Origin: Minutocellus sp. GHC0000111
Lineage: Eukaryota
DNA length: 64,000 nt
NCBI GenBank assembly: GCA_977018835.1
Contig: OZ361261.1
Span: 1,302,001-1,366,000 of the forward strand
Reading direction: 5' to 3'
Shown here: positions 57,610 to 64,000 of the stretch, in pieces
How the letters are laid out: every line of letters begins with the position of its first letter
Numbering within the stretch: position 1 is the stretch's first letter
Position numbers and translations under genes: made by a program
The notes under the pieces: model-generated
The model's database searches: none
Told to the model about the DNA's origin: nothing
What the model saw: only the letters and a program-made list of their open reading frames with translations

Positions 57610-58602
57610 CCGAAACAACCTCACCTCCTAAGCAATTCTTGACCTCGTCGGCTGGGCAATTGCTTAGTTTCAGAGAGCTTTGTCAGCAGCACACACATGT
57701 GCGCCCATGCAGGTGCTGCTGTTAGCAGTCGATCCAGTCACAAGGAGATGATTTGATTGACCGGGACGGGACCATCACGTTCCGGGACACCCCGATGTTT
57801 CTAAGCGCGATGACTCTGTGCGCGACGCGATGCAGGAAGGGCAGAAAGTGGAGATTGAGGCTGTAAGTGGCCTCGCACAAAAGGGGACGAATTAGCGCAG
57901 CGCTTGACGCGCTGATCGACAGCTAGCTTTGTGCCGGCCATCTGCCCAGAGATAAAATTGAACAGGCCACAAAGCACAGTCTGGTCCCTCTCTCCGCAGG
58001 GTGCTTCATTGAAGTTCCGCGGGAGCCCGAATCTTGGCTGAGACGTGTGGAACACCGCGGAACGAAAGCAGCAGCAGCAAAAGGCGGCATTGAATGCCGC
58101 TTCATTTTTTATCTTTCTTGATCATTTTGAGTCGCTTCTGACTCGCATTTCATTCGGAGAAAAACAAGCAGGCGAAGCAAGTGTTCCCTTGCTTCTCCTG
58201 CATTAAGAGAGAGGAGGTGCTTTAGCTCATAATTTTCAGAATTGGATTTTTGCGAAGGCAAGTTCCAAGATAATTTTTAGGTAAGCAAATTTGGTGTCAA
58301 TTGCTGAGTAACTTTATTGTCTATCGCAGGCAATAGTCCAGCATGTTGCAGTGAGGAGGAAGCCAACATTGGTGTCAATCTATGCGCTTGGTCTGTTGGT
58401 AAGCTGGAGTGAGAATATTTCCACCTTTCTCGCCTTTACTAGCTAACAATTAGATCTACTACGTAGTAATTTAATTTAGCATCTGCCACGTCATCAGTGC
58501 ATAAGCAATTGCTTAGCTCTGACCCCAAATTTTTGGAGGTCGTAAGCAATTTTTTTTGACCTCGGGCCAAGAATGCAATTGCTTATAGGTGAGAACGGAC
58601 TG
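57610..58602. mobile_element. Degenerate ~1 kb element of the CAGTCC-TIR family (left end eroded)
   Basis: Intact right TIR ...CAATTGCTTATAGGTGAGAACGGACTG|TA; degenerate ctcacctcctaagcaatt near 57620; repeated TAAGCAATT and GACCTCG motifs. Confidence 0.55.
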
Positions 58603-58629
58603 TAGCATTTTGGGGGAGATGTCGTGCTA

Positions 58630-58806
58630 CAGTCCGTTCTCACCTATAAGCAATTGGTAATTGCTTAGGTGAGGGCTGAGATTCTGAGCATGTTGCTTAT
58701 TCTAAGAGCTAATTGGTACCTCATTCGCATGTTATTCCTTATTCCAAAATAAGCAATTTGAGACCTCGGGCCCGAGTCTCAATTGCTTATAGGTGAGAAC
58801 AGACTG
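58630..58806. mobile_element. 177 bp Tc1/pogo-type MITE
   Basis: TA|CAGTCCGTTCTCACCTATAAGCAATTG ... CAATTGCTTATAGGTGAGAACAGACTG|TA (27 bp TIR, 1 mismatch). Confidence 0.92.
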
Positions 58807-58834
58807 TAGTCTACGTACGTAGCTAGCATAACAA

Positions 58835-59303
58835 GAAAAGTCCTCGGTGCATGTGATCCTCGATGGCTGGGGTAGCGTCCTTCGGGATCTTCTTACACAC
58901 AGGACTCATCGAGACTCATCGGTCGCGTACACGTGTGTTGTCATCCCAGACGGATGGATGTGGTCCTCCGTTACATGTAGCTAGCTACGTAGCTAGAAGA
59001 GGAGAACGGCAAGGTGCTGGGCGGCAGGGATGCTAAAAAGAAGGTGTGACGCTGGTCTGCCAGGCTCTCAAGTGCTACGGCTTCAAGTGGCTTCGCACCA
59101 AGCCCCGCCCGCACCATCCCTTTGGCCACGTCGATGCTCTCAATCCGAGGGACCTGTCCAACGAGCAGATTCAATTCCTCCAAAAGCTGGGATCGATGGA
59201 TGGTCTCATGTCTAACATGCTTCACCATTGTGGTTTTCCATCGGTGCCGATCTGCACCAACGGGCTCATCACCTGGCTCAGACAGCTCCCTCCCGAGGAG
59301 TGA
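58835..59303 (+). pseudogene. Coding-like gene fragment interrupted by a palindromic insert
   Basis: Reads VHVILDGWG...WMWSS, then the insert, then EEENGKVLGG...LVCQALKCYGFKWL...LPPEE*. No start codon; frameshifted. Confidence 0.35.
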
Positions 59304-59702
59304 GCCCTTGACTACGTAGCTACTAGCTAGTCTAGTCTAGCTAGTAGAACGCTCCAGACAACACGAGCTTCGTGTGCATGCCGAAATGGGACCCTGGTGG
59401 CGCCCGTTTTCATCGAGTGGTACCTATGTCTAGGAAGATGTACTGAGATCATGATTGGTGTGAAGAAATAAACAAATAATGTCAAATAAAAGGGGTCTAA
59501 TCAAATTCAGAATACTCTAGCTACAGGAACTACTTCCATTACTTCCATTCGAGTAGGAGGCAACCCTGCCACCTACAGGTACGTACTAATGCGATCGCAC
59601 TTCCTTGCTCGGGCAGTCACAGCACGTTTAGATCAAAATCATCACGCGTCGCATGCCCGTTCTACATGTATCCCCGTTGGTGTTTGTAGGCATGCGCATA
59701 TT

Positions 59703-60506
59703 TTACGAGCCCCACATGATCCAGTACTTGTGAGGTCCGACCTTGTCGATGCCCTCAAAGAAGACGGCATCGACATCGTCGTCGGGTTCAAACTTGGCCA
59801 TGGCGTATGCCAGATCCCGGACGGTGAAGTGCTTACCGTTGGGGGCCTGGAAGGTCTGGCTGTTGCCGTACTCCTCGTCGGAGGAGCACTCGTCCTCTCC
59901 TTCTCCCTCGACGGCCCAATCCACGTCCCGGGTCAGGGTGATGGATGGGAAGGGGTAGGCCACCCTGTTCAACTCCTCGTCGGTGAGTTTGGCAGCAGTA
60001 CCATCGCCACCATCGGTGCGCTTCTCGAGGCTGTCCTTCTTTCCTCGGTAGAAGATGAGGCCATTGAAGAAGCTGGACACCCTGTCGACCGGGCGGCGCT
60101 TATTGGACTTGTCGTCGTCATTCTCCCCCTTCTCTTCCTCCTCCTCGTCACTGCCGTCATCGTCGCCATCGTCGCCATCATCACCATCAGACTCATGGCC
60201 AGACTTTGCCTTGCTGGCGGCCATCTCCTGCTCCGTCTTTTCACTCAAGCGCTCGAGCCGAGCGGCCAGTGCACCCCCCTCCTTGACGAGAGCATCCAGC
60301 TCCTCGGCAGCCTGCACCTGCTGGGCAAGTGCTTTGGCTCGATCCTCCGATTTCTTGGCCACATCTCCCTCATCATCCTTGGAGCCGGCCGCGGCGGCGT
60401 CCTCCGTCGTCTTGGCCTTCTTGGCGGGGGGTCCTTCCCTGGCACCGGCCTCGCGCTGGGCCCGGACCCTGGCCACCTCCTCCTTCTCTCCTCGTTCGTT
60501 CTCCAT
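59703..60506 (-). CDS. Acidic/coiled-coil protein with a compact C-terminal domain ending VFFEGI...WGS
   Basis: Open frame with high-GC3 codons; C-terminus APNGKHFTVRDL...VFFEGIDKVGPHKYWIMWGS. Confidence 0.65.
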   Translation of the reverse strand: MENERGEKEEVARVRAQREAGAREGPPAKKAKTTEDAAAAGSKDDEGDVAKKSEDRAKALAQQVQAAEELDALVKEGGALAARLERLSEKTEQEMAASKAKSGHESDGDDGDDGDDDGSDEEEEEKGENDDDKSNKRRPVDRVSSFFNGLIFYRGKKDSLEKRTDGGDGTAAKLTDEELNRVAYPFPSITLTRDVDWAVEGEGEDECSSDEEYGNSQTFQAPNGKHFTVRDLAYAMAKFEPDDDVDAVFFEGIDKVGPHKYWIMWGS

Positions 60507-60968
60507 AATTGCTCCGCCTCTCTGCATTGATGAGTTACAGTGCGGCGACACTGTTTTTCGCATTCGCTTCGCTCGTATGAAAGCTGCTGCTGGCCGCAGG
60601 AGGGCCCTCTTGAAATCGAAAAGCAGAGCAAGCTGATGGAAGATTTGCCTGCGTATTGCAAGTCGCATCTCATTTTTTGCAGCCGCAGCAGCTCACGGCA
60701 CCATGAGATTTCTCGCCTTTGCCGCCGCGCCGCCGCGACGCGACGCGACGGCTACGGGCGGTGTATCGAGCGATGGTCGTGCGTGCGTCGTCCGTCACCG
60801 CTCCGCCGCCCTAAGTCAGTATCGAGGGCATCGAGGGCTTACCTGGCAGGTCTCCTCTCCCTGTTTGTTGGGTTGGAAATACAGAGAGTCTCTCTCTTGC
60901 GCCGACTTTGTTTTGAATTGCATTGATTTGATTTGCACACGGCTTTTTTTCTTGCAAGCGAAGCAAGC

Positions 60969-63900
60969 ATGCCGCCAACCGCAACCACCTCCGACGACGA
61001 GCGCATGGCCGACGCCGTGGCCGCCGACGAGGCGGCCGAGGCGGCAGCTACTGCAGCAAATGCTGCGGAAGCCGCTGGAGATGAAGCTGCTCCCACGCCT
61101 GCGAGTGCGGGCAATGCGAGCGGTGCCAGCTCGGCCGCCGGGGGAGATTCCACCGAGGAGGAGGAGGAAGACGACGACGACGACGACGACAATAGCAACG
61201 ATGGCGATAGCAACGCGTCGTCGGATGACGACGACGACGACGATGACAATGAAAGCAGCGGGAGCAACGAGGACGAGCCGATGGAGGTCGAGGCAGTCCC
61301 TGCCGAAGATCAGGACGATGACGACGATGGAACAACTAGTGCGACCCAAGGGAGCAGCTCCGGTATATCCGCTGCTAAACCTGCTGCCGTTGCAGTTGTG
61401 CCTGCCCCGGCGGTAGTATCCGTGGTGCCTGCAAAGGAAGAACAGCAGCAGCAGCAGCAGCGGAAGATGACGCCCAAGATGCGGATCAAGCTCAGCCTCA
61501 AGGCCAAGGCAGCCGCGGCGGCTTCGGAGCACTTCCCCCCTCCGTCTTCGAATGCCGTGGATTCCAAGTCCGCAAAAGCGGCTTCCGTTGCGGGTGGTAG
61601 CGAGAAGAAAGTGGCACCTACCAGCACCAATACCGACAAGACCAAGGCGGCAACAGCAACGGCCGATGTTGGCGACGACGATGACGTGGTCATGGCCGAG
61701 GCTCATGTTGGAGGTGAGGATGAGAACGACGATGAGGAGGTCATCGCCACGGCCGAGATTGTCGAAGAGGTACCATCCGCAACGGATGCAAAGACCTCGG
61801 ACGCCAAGAGCAAGTCCAAGCCCACCTCTTCCACTACTTCTACAAATAACAAACTGGTGGAGAGCCATCCCCTCCACAAGCCATCCCGCCAGCGGGCTCC
61901 GCCACCGTCGCTGTCCCGTCCCCAGTCCAAGAATCCCCAGCTGGCCTACACCTCGGCCGCCGGGCAGGGGGGAGGATATCATTCCCGAGCCATGCGCTTC
62001 CCCTCGATTCTCAGTCCGGGCATGCTGGCCGTCCCCAACCATTCCAACAACGTCGGCACCACCGTCTGCGATACCGATGCGTACAAGATGCTCCACGGCA
62101 AGGAGGGTACCAAGTCCGATGCAGAGGGTGCAACTGGTGGTGGCAGTGGTAGTGGTGGTGGTGGTGGTGGTGATACCCACGAGGATCCCTACGAAAAGTA
62201 CATCACGGCCGATTCGGTGTTTGCGCATTACATGGGGGTGCAGGGGTACACGCCGGAGTCGCGCACGACCAACCCCCATCGGGGCAGCAGCATCCAACGG
62301 ACCGTGGGGGACATGTTCGACAACGACGTTGTGAGCAGCATCAACTTTCCCAACCTGCTGCCAGACTATCTCGGGCGCTAAAGAAGGGCAGTGGCAAGAA
62401 CAGTCTTGCGCCTGGCAAAGAGAAAGTGACTGTGACCACTCCTGAAACGACGGCGCCGACAAAAGATGGTCAATCCTCAGCAGCAGGTGCAACCGGCGCC
62501 ACTATAACCCCAAGTGATGTGTCCCCCACAAGCGAGACGCCTGCCAAGAGCGAGATGCCCAAGAAGAGTGAAGGATCACCTGCCAAGGTGAAGATGGATG
62601 CCATGGATATGCTCAAGTCAACCCTAACCTCCGTCCTCGAGAAGCGCAAGGCGGCGTCAAAGGGTGTTCAGCAGGGAGCCGCAAAACGATTCCGTCCTCT
62701 CCAATTCCAGGATATGGTGCCCGTCTCTCTGACATTCCCGTATCCGGAAGAGTACACCAAGGCACGAATCGAATATGCCCGCAAGGTGAAAGAGCGCGAG
62801 GATGCCATCGCACAGGATCAGGTAGCCTCGCAATCAGCCGCGGATATCATGGAAAACTACAACCGCGAGAAGGTCAAGTGGGAGGAGAAATTGACGCAGT
62901 GGGAGAAGGACAAGGCCGAGCACAAGGAAAAAGTGGCCGCATGGGAAAAGGACCAGATCGAACGCAAGGAGCGGTTGGCGCAGTGGGAGAAGGGTCGGGC
63001 CGAGGTGGAAGCCGCCGCTGCTGCATTGGCCAAAAAATGTACATCGCCCAAGAATAGCGAGTTGTCGCCAAGTAAGGAAACCGATACGCTGGGCAAAGAA
63101 AAGAAGGAAGATGAAGATGCACCAGCAAAATCCAGTGATGAACCACCCGCACCTAATACTCCTGCCACCGACTCAAAAGTCGCCCCATCTGGTGATGACG
63201 ATGATAAGAAGCAGGCCGAAGAAGAACCAGTGCTTGGTCCTCCAAGACCACAGACGCCTCCCCAGCCCACGGAGCCCATCCTACCACCCCTCCCGGCACC
63301 GGTTTCTATCCCTCCCATCCCTGTAAGCCCGAGTCCCCCCAGTTGGATCGACTCCAATGGTACCGAGGGTGAAAGTGCCAAAGCCAAGGGATTTCAACGC
63401 CCATCGCCGGAAACGCTGAAGCGCTACGCCACACATCTAGCTCACCTCGATCCGGCCACCTACTTGTCTACAGTTCCCACCCCAAGAGCCCGGTATGTTG
63501 GTCTGTCATCGAATTCCATCGCCGATGCCAATTTCGTTGGGCCTGCAGCTCACGGCATTGCTGGTATCGGTCTTGGACTTGGCTCTGGATTGAGCACGGC
63601 CTACACCGGAGCCTCAGGAGGCCAGGGCGGTGGCGGTCTCCACTCCAGCAGTTACTACGAGGGTCTCAAGCGCTTTGCGGACCATATGGGCTATTCGGAT
63701 GTCAGTAAAGTGTCTCCTGCAAAGAAGAAGAAGAGCAGTAGTAGCAGTGGCAGCAGTCCAAACGACGCGAATAAGGAGAAGGGCAAAGAAGGAAAGCCAA
63801 AATTGCCAAAGATCAAGCTCAAGATGCCCTCGCTGCCTCCCGGGCCAAAGGGGGAAGGCATTTCGAGTTCGGAACTCAAAAGTCTGTTCGAAACAGGCGG

Positions 63901-64000
63901 GCAAGCTGCAGAGGACATGCGAGTGACTATCATCAAGGCGACCATTTATGCCGCGCGCGTCGGAGAAGCTGCCGGCGACAAATTTGTTGGCAGCGATGGC
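60969..64000 (+). CDS. Large low-complexity (probably nuclear) protein; runs off the window end
   Basis: Acidic N-terminus, PKMRIKLSL, NPHRGSSIQRTVGDMFD. After a frameshift near 62375 an open frame continues (DMVPVSLTFPYPEEY...) to 64000. Confidence 0.7.

Overview
Gene-dense eukaryotic nuclear DNA, almost certainly from a diatom: it carries a silicon transporter (SIT), PGRL1, proteins with bipartite signal-plus-transit presequences, and short GT-AG introns. About 30 protein-coding genes are recognisable. Many carry 1-2 bp frameshifts, which most likely reflect unpolished long-read consensus. Two loci look like abrupt gene-to-gene fusions (glycosyltransferase/SIT and SDR/TrpD). DNA transposons are prominent. 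The largest is a 3.7 kb TA-flanked mariner-type element inserted about 30 bp upstream of PGRL1; it has an HMG-box-like N-terminal ORF, a DD38D catalytic ORF and a second, convergent ORF of unknown function. There are also several MITE/foldback elements and many intergenic patches built from TA-x-x'-TA palindromes that resemble stacked excision footprints. No rRNA, tRNA or CRISPR array was recognised. All product calls come from motif recognition by eye, not database searches.
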